Source: Histomonas meleagridis 2922-C6/04-290x (Eukaryota > Protista > Parabasalia). Taken from it: a DNA stretch of 64,000 nucleotides. Under the pieces are notes generated by a model that saw only the letters and a list, made by a program, of their open reading frames with translations, was not told the origin of the DNA and ran no database searches. This document shows, in pieces, positions 32,914 to 43,541 of this stretch (positions are counted from its first letter, which is position 1; each line of letters opens with the position of its first letter). The stretch lies in contig JAANOX010000022.1 of NCBI GenBank assembly GCA_020184695.1, positions 62,001-126,000 on the forward strand. Reading direction: 5' to 3'. The translations under genes were made by a program, and so were the position numbers.

Positions 32914-35900
32914 TTATTTACGTGATTTTCCGAACAAAAGTTCTTTTCTTCTTGAAGCAGCCTTATCTTGATTATCAGAGAGCCACAAGTTCAGTTCGTT
33001 TTCTTTACTACTTGGTAATTTTCCTAAACCCACCAAATGTTTCAAGAACTGTGGTATTATATCTCTTGAAATATCTATAATCAATTTACTAATCAAAGTT
33101 TCGATATTTGCAGTTAAATCCTGATAAATAATACCATTAAACAAACCATGGAATTCATTAATATCAGGAATCACATTATTTTCAGGGTTATGATATGACA
33201 AATTTAAAGTCACTGGTGTAATTTTAAAGTATCTTAATAAAAAGTTACTATCGGCCCGATTGATCATCACTTTTAATTCTTTCGATTTATTCCCTTCCAA
33301 GAAAGAAGAATGATCAATCGTAATGATAGGTAAAACGCCATCATTTAACAATATTCGTGGAAGTCTTATATCAGGTCTTTCAAAGCCGAACTTCATAGTT
33401 GGTTTTGAAGGCATTCCAATATCATTATTTAAAATAGATTTTATTAATATACCAAAGAAAGTCGACTCATATATTACTATTGTTGGGTCCAAATTAATTT
33501 CGAAATGATTATAAAACTTTATACCTCCAATAGGTGGTTTAGATTTAGCTTGTATTCGTAATAATGGGGTTTTTACTTTGGGATCAACTCGATCTAACCA
33601 ACGACTAAAGATTAAATTAGTTTTAGCTGATACACGTGCATCATTAATCTTTAAATCGTCAACTAATAACATCGAATTTGAAGATCCGTCGATTTTCTTT
33701 TCTTGTTGGAATGTTAAATCAGTAGAAACTAAGAAACAAATTGGGTTTTTAAGATTATCGAATAAGAATAATTGACATTTAGAGATGTAAGTATTAAATG
33801 TTATATTAAGTAATGAAACTTCTTGATTATTATTCGGATTATTATTACTATTTGTTGTAATGTTTTTCTCGGATTTTATGGTCATTAACGCATGTGATAT
33901 TTCTTGGATATATTGTTTAATACATGCAATGTCTTTAGGATTACAATTTAAACTAATGTTTTTAATGAAGGATTCTGCAATTAAGTTTTTATTATTGTTT
34001 AATTCGTTTTGATAAAAAATTACACGAATCCCTTCAATCATTCCAATCGATGATTTAATTTCATTAATGTTTTGGATGAAATTATTTTCTGTTGATATTG
34101 TTATAGTTTCAACATCTAAATTCGCTGCAATTAAATCTAAAGTTTGATGGAATTTTATGTTGAATTTAATTGGTTGAATTACACATAATAATTTAATGTC
34201 ATATAATAAAGACTCAAATAATATTTGGATACTATTAATGGTTAAATCTAAAAAGATTTCTTGGAATTTCTCTAAGATTGAATCAATGTTATTTTTCTCT
34301 TGTAATATATTATGATTATGAATTGCTTTTGAAGTAGTAACTACTTTTTGTGATGGAGTACGTGATAATAAATGTAAAAGTAATTCTTCTTTATTATTAC
34401 TTTTACTAGTAATATTTTCATTATGATTTGTTTCTTTATTTTTATTATTATTTTTATTCGTTTTGTTCATATCAGGAAGAAAATGTATAATCGCTTCAAT
34501 AAATTCTTCGATATAACGAACAAATAATTGTGTTCCATAGATTTGTAATGTATCGATTTTTATTACTAAATCTTTTCCATAATTAATTTCGGGATTAATA
34601 ATTTTAGCAAATGTTGGTGAAGCATCTTCATAATTCTTCGAATAATATGATAAATCAGTAGTATTTAATAATATTTGTGGCGATTTTAATGATACTTTAA
34701 ACTCGACATTCGATTTAGGGTTTTTAGTTATGATTAAATTTAATGAAAAGTTAACTAATGTTAAATCAATTGATGTACCATAAATATTTTTAGTTTCAAT
34801 TGGAAAACAATCGAAAATTCGAAATGAAAATGATGATGCATTATTTATATGAAATATAAATATTAATTTTAAGTCACTTAAAAAATATAATTCTTGTTTT
34901 CGTCTATAAAGTTGTCCAAACTTTTTAGTATATACTTCATTAACTAAAGGTGAATCAAATAAATTTAATATCGGATCTATTAACCATAAGAAATGTGCTA
35001 CGTCTAACATTGCAAAAGGTGATACTTCACCATTCGAATATTTTAATATGAAATCAGTTGTTATAGCAGTTGCTCTAAAGTTTTTATATGTATCATAATT
35101 CGGATCATTAAATTGGTTAATATCAGCAATGAAATTATGTAACTTTTGATTATTTAATGGAGTTTTAATTATAAATTTAACTTCTAAATCGAAATCACTA
35201 AAATGTAATAATTGTGGGCCATTATTACATCTAAAAAGATTAAATTCATTTGAAGTTATATGATAAACTCCATTAATAATATTCGCCTTAAAATTAGTTA
35301 ATGATAATATAGCTACATTCTTAAAGTCATCATAACGTTTACCGCCGACGAAATTAAATTTAATATTATCAACTTGAAAATGATATCTCCCATGAAATAC
35401 ATAACGTAATTCATCCCACCATTTCAAACTTGGTGAAGGATCATATGGCTTAGGTATTAATGATGTAATTGAATCCACGAAATCATCGAATATTTTCATC
35501 ATATTACCTCCAATATATATACCGAAGTCACCTAAATTAATATTTAAATCACAATATAATTTAATGTCTGTAACTGTTCCTTTCGTAATGAATTCTTTAC
35601 CTAATACTGTTATCGGTATATCAAGGAATTTTCCATCAGATATTTCACCAACTAATAATATTCCATTTAAGTTTAATTCTGATCCTTTAATAATTGGTTC
35701 TTTTAAGTTATAACAATTAATCGCTGCATCTTTTATGTTTACATTAATCTTTAAGCCTTCTAATGTCTCCCATTCTACATTAGGATATAATTCAGCTGTA
35801 TTAGGATCAAATTCATGTAACATTTGAACTTTATTAACAACATTCCTTGAATCAAGTTTAATATCTAATCCTTGTGCTTCAATTAATAATCGATATTTAT

Positions 35901-37551
35901 GAAATGTTTGTTTCTTAAATAAATTTTGATAATTCTCAAATAATAATTCTTGGAATTTATCATCTGCATATTGTTTTTGTTGTGGCGTAAATTGTAATTG
36001 TGAGATTTTACTTTGATAAATATATTCTAATATTGATTTCTCTTTTAAGTATTCTTGAATAGTATTCCCTAAAACAAATAATCGTTGATTTAAAAACGTG
36101 TCCGTCATTTTTAATGAGATTTTATCAACAATAATATGAAATGGTAATGGTAATGTCTCTGAATCAAATGTATGTGATGATGCCCAAGGTTTTATGATAC
36201 GCCATCCATAAATTACGCCATATATAAAATCAGGAACATTAAACTTTTGTTGTTCAATAACACTAATCTTTGTAGCATTAAATGTTAAATATTCTTTGTC
36301 CGGACTTGAAATGATTAAACTTTTAATCTTTAAACATTGGAATGTATTTATATAACCATAAACTTCAGGAAATGTAATACATTTATTAGAATATTTAACA
36401 TTCGATGATTTAGCTTGAACTTTAGCATTGTCAGTAAGTAATAATGTACCTGAAAACTTATTAATGTTAAATTGGAAGTCAGGAAAGTCTAAAACAAGAC
36501 GTAATGGTTGATATATTGGATTACGTAATTTGGCATATAATTGAAAGATTTCAAGGCCATCAAAAGAGGTATAATAGAAATGAATCTTATCAATGTTTAC
36601 AATTGGATTCATCTTCTTAAGATCTGAGATAGTGCCTTTTAGATTTGGTATACGAAGAAAATGTTCTGTAATGAATCCAATATTAAACTCAGTAATTTCA
36701 AATACAAAATGTGTAGGATTAATTGGTATAGGTCGTATTGGTATTGTTGTATCGACATAAAATGATTTAAATGATAAACAAAATGTCGGTAAAGAAATCC
36801 ATTGAGTGACCGTTAATTCGGAGAACGTTAAGTTGATGTTGCCTGGATACATGCAAATATCAACATTTAAAGGACTAAGAGTAATGTTAGTACCAGATGT
36901 AGAAATACGTGCATCTTTGATGGAATTACTAGTAATGAGAAATGGATTAGTTTGAGAAATTAATGAATATATGGGAAATAGATCTGAATTGATTGAAAAT
37001 ACAAAAGGTGTTGTCGTGACTTCCTTATCTTGAATAAGATATTTAATAGAGCCTAAAGATAAATCAAGTTGTGAAACATTTGATCTTTTATATTCAAAAT
37101 TAATTGACGTTTCCACAGAAACTGAATTTGGTAAACAAAGCTTAAATGATTTTATTTTTAGAAATAATTTTTTAAAATAGAAAAAAATTATTGATGATAA
37201 AGTTTTCATTTTAATTCCATTTAATGGATCATTAACTTTTGTTTTCCTATTTTTATTTCCAGAACCAATATTATATGTATTTAATTGTAAATTTAATTCA
37301 TCGAAAGAAATTGTTATCTTTTTTGAAGTAATTGCAAATAAACCAAGAGAAACGTTCATATTTTTTGCCGAAAATTCTAAATCTTTATTTTTTAACTCTA
37401 TGGATTCGAAAGAAAGCAATCCTGTTTGATTGACAATATTGACATCAGCATTTAAAGCTTGAGCAATAAGCTTAATCGGAAGAGACTTTAAGGCATAAAT
37501 AGCAATTGCTATTGCTAGAATAATTACGACAAAAAATATGGAGGCAATCAT
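32914..37551 (-). CDS. Bridge-like lipid transfer protein BLTP2/FMP27/Hobbit-like
   Basis: N-terminal TM anchor, beta-rich body, PSPSLKWWDELRYVFHG (FMP27 WWD motif) and C-terminal Apt1-like INRADSNFLLRYFKITPVTLNLSY. Confidence 0.72.
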   Translation of the reverse strand: MIASIFFVVIILAIAIAIYALKSLPIKLIAQALNADVNIVNQTGLLSFESIELKNKDLEFSAKNMNVSLGLFAITSKKITISFDELNLQLNTYNIGSGNKNRKTKVNDPLNGIKMKTLSSIIFFYFKKLFLKIKSFKLCLPNSVSVETSINFEYKRSNVSQLDLSLGSIKYLIQDKEVTTTPFVFSINSDLFPIYSLISQTNPFLITSNSIKDARISTSGTNITLSPLNVDICMYPGNINLTFSELTVTQWISLPTFCLSFKSFYVDTTIPIRPIPINPTHFVFEITEFNIGFITEHFLRIPNLKGTISDLKKMNPIVNIDKIHFYYTSFDGLEIFQLYAKLRNPIYQPLRLVLDFPDFQFNINKFSGTLLLTDNAKVQAKSSNVKYSNKCITFPEVYGYINTFQCLKIKSLIISSPDKEYLTFNATKISVIEQQKFNVPDFIYGVIYGWRIIKPWASSHTFDSETLPLPFHIIVDKISLKMTDTFLNQRLFVLGNTIQEYLKEKSILEYIYQSKISQLQFTPQQKQYADDKFQELLFENYQNLFKKQTFHKYRLLIEAQGLDIKLDSRNVVNKVQMLHEFDPNTAELYPNVEWETLEGLKINVNIKDAAINCYNLKEPIIKGSELNLNGILLVGEISDGKFLDIPITVLGKEFITKGTVTDIKLYCDLNINLGDFGIYIGGNMMKIFDDFVDSITSLIPKPYDPSPSLKWWDELRYVFHGRYHFQVDNIKFNFVGGKRYDDFKNVAILSLTNFKANIINGVYHITSNEFNLFRCNNGPQLLHFSDFDLEVKFIIKTPLNNQKLHNFIADINQFNDPNYDTYKNFRATAITTDFILKYSNGEVSPFAMLDVAHFLWLIDPILNLFDSPLVNEVYTKKFGQLYRRKQELYFLSDLKLIFIFHINNASSFSFRIFDCFPIETKNIYGTSIDLTLVNFSLNLIITKNPKSNVEFKVSLKSPQILLNTTDLSYYSKNYEDASPTFAKIINPEINYGKDLVIKIDTLQIYGTQLFVRYIEEFIEAIIHFLPDMNKTNKNNNKNKETNHNENITSKSNNKEELLLHLLSRTPSQKVVTTSKAIHNHNILQEKNNIDSILEKFQEIFLDLTINSIQILFESLLYDIKLLCVIQPIKFNIKFHQTLDLIAANLDVETITISTENNFIQNINEIKSSIGMIEGIRVIFYQNELNNNKNLIAESFIKNISLNCNPKDIACIKQYIQEISHALMTIKSEKNITTNSNNNPNNNQEVSLLNITFNTYISKCQLFLFDNLKNPICFLVSTDLTFQQEKKIDGSSNSMLLVDDLKINDARVSAKTNLIFSRWLDRVDPKVKTPLLRIQAKSKPPIGGIKFYNHFEINLDPTIVIYESTFFGILIKSILNNDIGMPSKPTMKFGFERPDIRLPRILLNDGVLPIITIDHSSFLEGNKSKELKVMINRADSNFLLRYFKITPVTLNLSYHNPENNVIPDINEFHGLFNGIIYQDLTANIETLISKLIIDISRDIIPQFLKHLVGLGKLPSSKENELNLWLSDNQDKAASRRKELLFGKSRK

Positions 37552-37706
37552 AAAATCTTCTTGTATTTACTCTCAAACAACGATCCGAAATTTTGAATAT
37601 TTTACATTTTTATGGTAGGAATTCAAATTTAAATTTCGATTAAAATTTAATCGGATGATAACATCAATAAAAAAATATTTTAAAAATGTAATTTATAAAC
37701 AAATTA

Positions 37707-38972
37707 TTAATCAATCTTTTTCCAACCATTTGATTCTTTATGTTTTTTCATAAAGAAAATCATATATACTATAAATTCCATCAAACAAATGAACATTAAT
37801 ATTGTTGACAACAAATCTTTTCTAAATTTCTTTGTATGAAACTTAAATTCAGAATTTCTTTTTGCCAATTCATTAATTACATTCATTGCGTCGTTTTTAA
37901 TTTTATTTTTCATCATTAACATATCTTTATCTACACTTGAAACAATTCCACGTAATTCGCTTATTATATTTCCCCATGAATCAATTAATTCATTTCTTAA
38001 ATCTTTTAAATTTTTCCCAATTAGTTCTATTTTATCCAAACTAATTAAAATCCGTTCTTGAACAATTCCGATTATAAAAGATTCGAGTTCTTCCAAATTT
38101 AATCCTTCTCCAGCGCGATAAATTAGTTCATTTATTTCACGGAACGAATCCTTAAACTTTTTTGGTGTGTCTGTTAGTATTCCGTTATTATAATTGATTT
38201 CATCTTGATAACGATAAAGTGTTTTCATATATTCTTTTCGTAATGTTTTAGTGATTTTATGTTTTCGTGGATTAATACTTAGTGACTTTCGATTCTTTTT
38301 ATTAATCACATCAATGTTAATGGTTCTGTTGATTGGGGATTTGGGCGTAATGTGAACATAATTTAATGAATTGTTTTGTATGGTTCCATTGATTTGGCTT
38401 TTGATAGAGAAATAGCCAAAGGAAAAATTGAGTGGATTCATAAAAGAATATGAAAATTCACTGTTTTGTGTTATGAATATTAAATCAAAATGTGTTTGAT
38501 TTTTTGTCAATTTTATGGTGTTAGTAATATGTCCATTCGAATTTGGAAATTCTAAAATTGTTTTAGTTGTTTCATGTTTGAATCTTTTGCCATTATTTTC
38601 TGATAATAATACAATTCCATTTGGACTTTTGGTTGTGTTTATTGTAATAGAAATTCCTTTCCAAATAAACGCATTAACTGGACAAAGATCTTCTGAGAAA
38701 AAAATTGTAAAAACTTGTTCCGAGTTTTGATTATCAAATGAATATTCTGTTTCAAAATCCCAATCAACAAAAGTTGTTGGGATACGTAAACAAACTCCTC
38801 CTGTGTCATGTTTGCTTAGCGATGTTAAAAGAATTGTTTTTTTGAAGTTTATTGCTGATCCGATAAGTGTCCAATTTCTAATTTCACCAGGTTCTATTTG
38901 AATTAATGGTGGCTGTATGTTGTATGGTGATAACATAAATGAAACCCGAAAAAAAAAGAAAATTGGGTTCAT
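37707..38972 (-). CDS. Legume-like lectin, ERGIC-53/Emp47/VIP36-like cargo receptor
   Basis: NWTLIGSA...LLT.....TGGVCLRIP L-lectin start, coiled coil, C-terminal TM and di-lysine KKID retrieval signal. Confidence 0.72.
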   Translation of the reverse strand: MNPIFFFFRVSFMLSPYNIQPPLIQIEPGEIRNWTLIGSAINFKKTILLTSLSKHDTGGVCLRIPTTFVDWDFETEYSFDNQNSEQVFTIFFSEDLCPVNAFIWKGISITINTTKSPNGIVLLSENNGKRFKHETTKTILEFPNSNGHITNTIKLTKNQTHFDLIFITQNSEFSYSFMNPLNFSFGYFSIKSQINGTIQNNSLNYVHITPKSPINRTINIDVINKKNRKSLSINPRKHKITKTLRKEYMKTLYRYQDEINYNNGILTDTPKKFKDSFREINELIYRAGEGLNLEELESFIIGIVQERILISLDKIELIGKNLKDLRNELIDSWGNIISELRGIVSSVDKDMLMMKNKIKNDAMNVINELAKRNSEFKFHTKKFRKDLLSTILMFICLMEFIVYMIFFMKKHKESNGWKKID

Positions 38973-39166
38973 ATGTTACACAGCCAAAAATCTTTTGGAA
39001 TAGATTAAACGGTCAAAAAAGTCAAAACATTCCAAAAATGCTTAAGAAAGAAGAAACAAATCTAATTTTATTATTAATAGAATGTCAATTTCATAGTTGA
39101 CTAATTTTTTTTTTTTTTCAAATTTGCCATAAATTTTGAAAATTAATTTTAATAATCCAGAAAAAA

Positions 39167-40618
39167 TCATTTTAATGTCCCTGTCATCTTCTGGTAAACG
39201 AATTCTTCTTCTCTTTTCTTTAGTTTTCTTTCTGTTTCCTCCAATTTCGTTAGTTCCCGTATTAATGAATTTGTTTCTTCAATCTGCTTCAACTGCTTTA
39301 TAACATCTTCCTCTTCTTCAAACATATGCAATTTTATGTACGCTAAAGCTTTTCTATATAAACATTTTGCCATGAACATGTTAAAATTCAATTCACTTTT
39401 TTTAATATGGTCTAAAAGAAGTCCAGCTGCTTCCAAGAGCTTTCTGTACTTTCCTAATTCATAGTAACAAGCAAGTGCATTCAATCTTGTTGATATTGAT
39501 AATTCATACCATTGTTGTTTATGCTCATCAGAAACCTTTTTAATTGATGGCAAAGCTATTGTTCCTCTATTGTATTCATTTAAAGCTTCATCATAAAGCC
39601 CGTCATGAAAAAGTTTGTTTGCGTTTTCTCTCACATATTTTGTATACTCAAACCGTTTTTCGATAGGAATGTTTTCCTTTTGCCAAAAAGTGGCTTGGTG
39701 TAACCGTGGGTCATCGAGCGGAGGGAACGAAAGCTCAAAGTCAACACCAAGAGATTTAAGCATCTCAATGGCTTCAGTGTAGTCGCTATCGGCATCAATG
39801 GCAGCTTGTAATGCAACAATTGCTTTATCTTTAAGAGGTGGATTAATTACTAAAAATGTGCGTGCAACACCAAAAGAAGATCTGGAGTTAACATACTTTT
39901 TGAGATCAGCTTCAGGGAGATTAATATTGTCATCGGTAAAATCAGGTGGCGTTTTGGATAGATCAACATTTTTGTTCCAAGCTAATTTCGAGCGATTAAA
40001 CTCTTTTCTAGCTGCAGCTGGTTTTCCTACACTAAGGATTTCATTGGCAAGCTTTAACTCAAAGAGAGCAAACCTTGCCTGCATGAGAGAAATTTCTTCC
40101 TTATTATCCTTTTTACTTTTGTTGGCTTGTTCTGTTGGTGATTTGGTTTCTTTTTTGTTCTCTGTTTCTGTTTTTGGTTCAACATTGTTGGAGTTTGTTT
40201 CTTGACCAATATTGATTTTATCTAAGGGAGTTGATTTCAATAAATGAACAATAGCTGTAAAATATCGAGAGTTTTCTCTACGCCCATCCTCTGTAACCAA
40301 AGGCGCATCACCTAATAGATATGTTCTATCCATAAAATAAGTTGCAACTTCTTTCTCACGCATTGTTCCAATTGCTTTGGGGAAAAAAATATATAATTCT
40401 GATTCAGCGTCTTTGTCACCTGTGATCCATATCAAAGGATTTCCTGGTTGAGATGAATCAATTATGAAGCCATCTTCTGCCTTAATGATATATTCGACAG
40501 CAACAACGGTATCATTGAATGAAGCAGATCGATTATATTTATCTCCCTCTTCATTTACTATTTTATAAAGTAAACGATCTGATGTGAGAGGAACTGCTCC
40601 ATCTGGAACATGTTCCAT
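39167..40618 (-). CDS. FKBP-type PPIase/TPR co-chaperone (FKBP51/52-like, divergent)
   Basis: Degenerate FKBP domain (V.VEY..K..DG..IDSS; AIGTMREKEVA) plus TPR blocks (ENANKLF..G.Y..A, LNALACYYELGKY, KCLYRKALAY). First ATG is 40618; the TTG extension to 40669 is uncertain. Confidence 0.7.
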   Translation of the reverse strand: MEHVPDGAVPLTSDRLLYKIVNEEGDKYNRSASFNDTVVAVEYIIKAEDGFIIDSSQPGNPLIWITGDKDAESELYIFFPKAIGTMREKEVATYFMDRTYLLGDAPLVTEDGRRENSRYFTAIVHLLKSTPLDKINIGQETNSNNVEPKTETENKKETKSPTEQANKSKKDNKEEISLMQARFALFELKLANEILSVGKPAAARKEFNRSKLAWNKNVDLSKTPPDFTDDNINLPEADLKKYVNSRSSFGVARTFLVINPPLKDKAIVALQAAIDADSDYTEAIEMLKSLGVDFELSFPPLDDPRLHQATFWQKENIPIEKRFEYTKYVRENANKLFHDGLYDEALNEYNRGTIALPSIKKVSDEHKQQWYELSISTRLNALACYYELGKYRKLLEAAGLLLDHIKKSELNFNMFMAKCLYRKALAYIKLHMFEEEEDVIKQLKQIEETNSLIRELTKLEETERKLKKREEEFVYQKMTGTLK

Positions 40619-40835
40619 TTTTCCTATTTTGCTCTTGGGGCGCCCTGTTTCCACAAGCTTTGTTAACAAATTAAAAAACTTTTTCTAATTTAAATATTTA
40701 AACAAAATATTTTGTTTAAACAAATTATATCAACGTAATTATGCTTTGATTTCATATGATACAAAAGTTTTCTTTTTGTAAAGATTCCTGAATTTGTTTC
40801 AAAAGTTTTAATAAATTGCTCTTGTGAAAATAATT

Positions 40836-41293
40836 TTATTGTATATTTTTCTCAAAGAAATCAATTAGCTCAAGTGGATAAGAATCTTTGATTGTTTCGA
40901 TTTTTTCTAGCGTAATCTGATTGCTCCCTGGGAAACGTACTTTAAGAAGCTTTTCCCCATTTTCTTTTTGAATCCCATAAATAACTAGTCTCTCTTCTGC
41001 TTTGTATTTGGTAATTTCTGTTGCTGATCCACTTGGCAAATTTGGTTTAATATCAGGAGGAACTTTTCCATTCCAATGATCCATTATTTTTTCAAAACAT
41101 GTTAAATCACTGTTTTTTTCCCAGACATCATAAAGATAAACAGGGTTTGAGTATCTAACAAGATATTCAATCTGTCCATCTTTAACACGGTGATCTAATA
41201 CATAAAGTATTCCATCATCATTGGTATTTCCATTCTGGAATTAGAAAATAAACAAACTGTAAATTCAAGGAAATCTGCTGTAACAGGGTCCAT
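40836..41293 (-). CDS. HP1-like chromodomain plus chromoshadow-like protein; 2 exons (41293-41258, 41234-40836), 144 aa
   Basis: Chromodomain VLDHRVKDGQIEYLVRYS...DVWEKNSDL lies upstream of the tracked ORF with no ATG. C-terminal IYGIQKENGEKLLKVRF...YPLELIDFFEKNI resembles a chromoshadow domain. Removing a 23-nt GT-AG intron joins MDPVTADFLEFT in frame. Confidence 0.8.
41235..41257 (-). other. 23-nt spliceosomal intron
   Basis: GTTTGTTTATTTTCTAATTCCAG has a GT donor, a TCTAAT branch-like motif and a CAG acceptor; it carries the in-frame TAA and its removal restores the frame. Confidence 0.75.
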
Positions 41294-41513
41294 TTTTCGC
41301 TATCCACCACGACCGATAAAATAAACGTACATTTAAGAGCACTTTTTTGTTCGAAATTACAATCACTGCTTACTTATTGATAAAAATTAAATTATATAAG
41401 CTATTCATCTTGTTGGTATTTATAATTTTAAACATATTTCATTTTGAAATGAGAGAAAATTATTTTTACAAAAAGTCAATTTGTCTTTCATAAAATCTAT
41501 CGTTGACGGTTAT

Positions 41514-42968
41514 ATGGGTGCACAAATAAAATTGAAACCTCGAGAAAACTTTTTTGCAAGGAAAATGAGTTTTTTCCTTAGCATTTTAATATCTATTTTT
41601 ATCATATTCATATTAGGTGGTGATTTCATTTTTAAATATCACATAATAATTCCAAATTTTTATGTAAATTTAATTTCCAAAAATTTACCTATTTACAGTC
41701 CTTTAAATCTAACATCTATTAGCTTTTCTTCTCCGGTAGATAACAAATTTTATACAGAACTCAGAAATGCAGTTTCTCAATCCTTTGATGCATATTTTCG
41801 TCATTGTTCCACCTTTGATGAACTTCGACCTGCCACAAATGAGTGCATCAATGAATTTGGCTTTTCTTCTACTATTCTTGAGTCCATAGAAACTTTATAC
41901 ATTCTCTCTCTTACTACACAATATAAGGCTGCCCTTCGCTGGATTAATTCTAACTTTGATTGCCACTCTCTTGGGTGGGTAAATAGGCGAGAGATTTGGA
42001 GTCGAGGTGTTGGTTCACTTATTGGATCATATCTTCTAACCAAAAATCCTATATTTCTTTCTACAGCCGACAAATGTGCCAAAAGACTCATTTCCATTGA
42101 AAAAGAGCATGGCACGAAACCATATGTCAATATGAAACTCAAGTTAGCCAAATCTCTTCCATGGGAAAATACAACGTCATTAGTAGATATGATAGCTGGT
42201 CTTCCCGAAGTCATTTCTCTTCGAATACTCACGGAAAATACCACATATTCATTAAAATCAAATTCAATAAGTGGTCATCTTCCAATGCCAAAACAATTTC
42301 CTTTAAACCCATTTTACGAAGGCTACGACAAACCATCAACTACACATCTTTTTTATGATGGTCTTTCTGATGGTTTTTATCAAAATTTAGCAATTTCCAA
42401 TCAAATGCGTCCTATAAAAGCAATTTCACGAATTCTTGAAAGTGTTTATTCTAACCTAACTCTTCTTAATAGCAAAGAGAATACATTATATGTCCCTGTC
42501 GTTGATTCTATTAGCATCTCCATCAAAGATGGGATAAAAGTGGATCAAAAATTGGATGCATACAAAAAGTTGTATGGTGAATTGAAAAAGTCATATCGTT
42601 CACCAGAATTTTCGATTTTCACAAAAGCAGGTTCATCAAATGATATCTATGTTCCATTTAGATTTGAATCTTCATTTATAAGAACAATGATCAGAGAAAA
42701 TGATATTAGCTCTGAAGAATTAATTAATATGTTCCGAAAGTCACTCGAAATATGCAAAGTTAATGATGGATTTGCAGGAAGATTAAAGATAAATTCCGGA
42801 AGAGTTACATCAACAAATATACAGCATAGTAATTTCTTTGGACAGTGGTCAAGTTTGGCTGCTCTGATTGCGCTAGGAAAAGAAAATTTGATCAGAAAAA
42901 GTGTGTTCAATGAAAGAGGACATATTCTTTACTCGGATATGATTATAGAAAATAATGACGACGAGTAG
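41514..42968 (+). CDS. Glycoside hydrolase family 47 (class I alpha-mannosidase)-like type II membrane protein, divergent
   Basis: N-terminal TM; F..YFRH....DELRP; ILES.ETLYIL; GSLIGSYLL; VFNERGHIL resembling VFNTEAHP. Start is 41514 or 41565. Confidence 0.75.
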   Translation: MGAQIKLKPRENFFARKMSFFLSILISIFIIFILGGDFIFKYHIIIPNFYVNLISKNLPIYSPLNLTSISFSSPVDNKFYTELRNAVSQSFDAYFRHCSTFDELRPATNECINEFGFSSTILESIETLYILSLTTQYKAALRWINSNFDCHSLGWVNRREIWSRGVGSLIGSYLLTKNPIFLSTADKCAKRLISIEKEHGTKPYVNMKLKLAKSLPWENTTSLVDMIAGLPEVISLRILTENTTYSLKSNSISGHLPMPKQFPLNPFYEGYDKPSTTHLFYDGLSDGFYQNLAISNQMRPIKAISRILESVYSNLTLLNSKENTLYVPVVDSISISIKDGIKVDQKLDAYKKLYGELKKSYRSPEFSIFTKAGSSNDIYVPFRFESSFIRTMIRENDISSEELINMFRKSLEICKVNDGFAGRLKINSGRVTSTNIQHSNFFGQWSSLAALIALGKENLIRKSVFNERGHILYSDMIIENNDDE

Positions 42969-43541
42969 TACAATAAATGTGTTAATGTATTATAAATTAT
43001 GTATTTTTATTGAATTTTTTCAATATTCAAATTCTTTTGTTTTCCTTTCCAAGAAAACTTTATAAAAATTAATTTAAACAATGTGATAATGAAAATTAGG
43101 AGAAAATATGAAAAGAATTGGGAAACAAATGGTCAAGATTTGTTTCATTATCTGAATCGTTATTTAATTATAAAAAACCCGAATGAAGTTGATAATTTTT
43201 AATATATTACACAGAAAATAATCAGCACCTCGTTCCATTAAAGTCATTGATCTTAAGGAATAGCAAGAAGAAATCTTTTTGTAGATTTTCATGGAAAGAA
43301 TTTGATTTCCTTGTAATTATCTGCAAACAAAAAAATTTAATTCCATTGAAATTTAAATACAAAAATTTTTTATTTTCTTCTTTAATACAATCCAATTTAA
43401 AGTAAAACAAAAAATGTACTCAATTAATTGACAATTTCATTATATGATTGACTTTGTTAATTAAAGATTTTTAAAAACATTAAACAATAAAAATTCGAAA
43501 AAAAAATATTTTCATTATTACATAATAAAAAACATCAAATT

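Noticed and set aside
40660-40680. Short GT...AG stretch upstream of the FKBP gene as an intron
   Set aside because: There is no upstream ATG-containing exon and the branch motif is poor.
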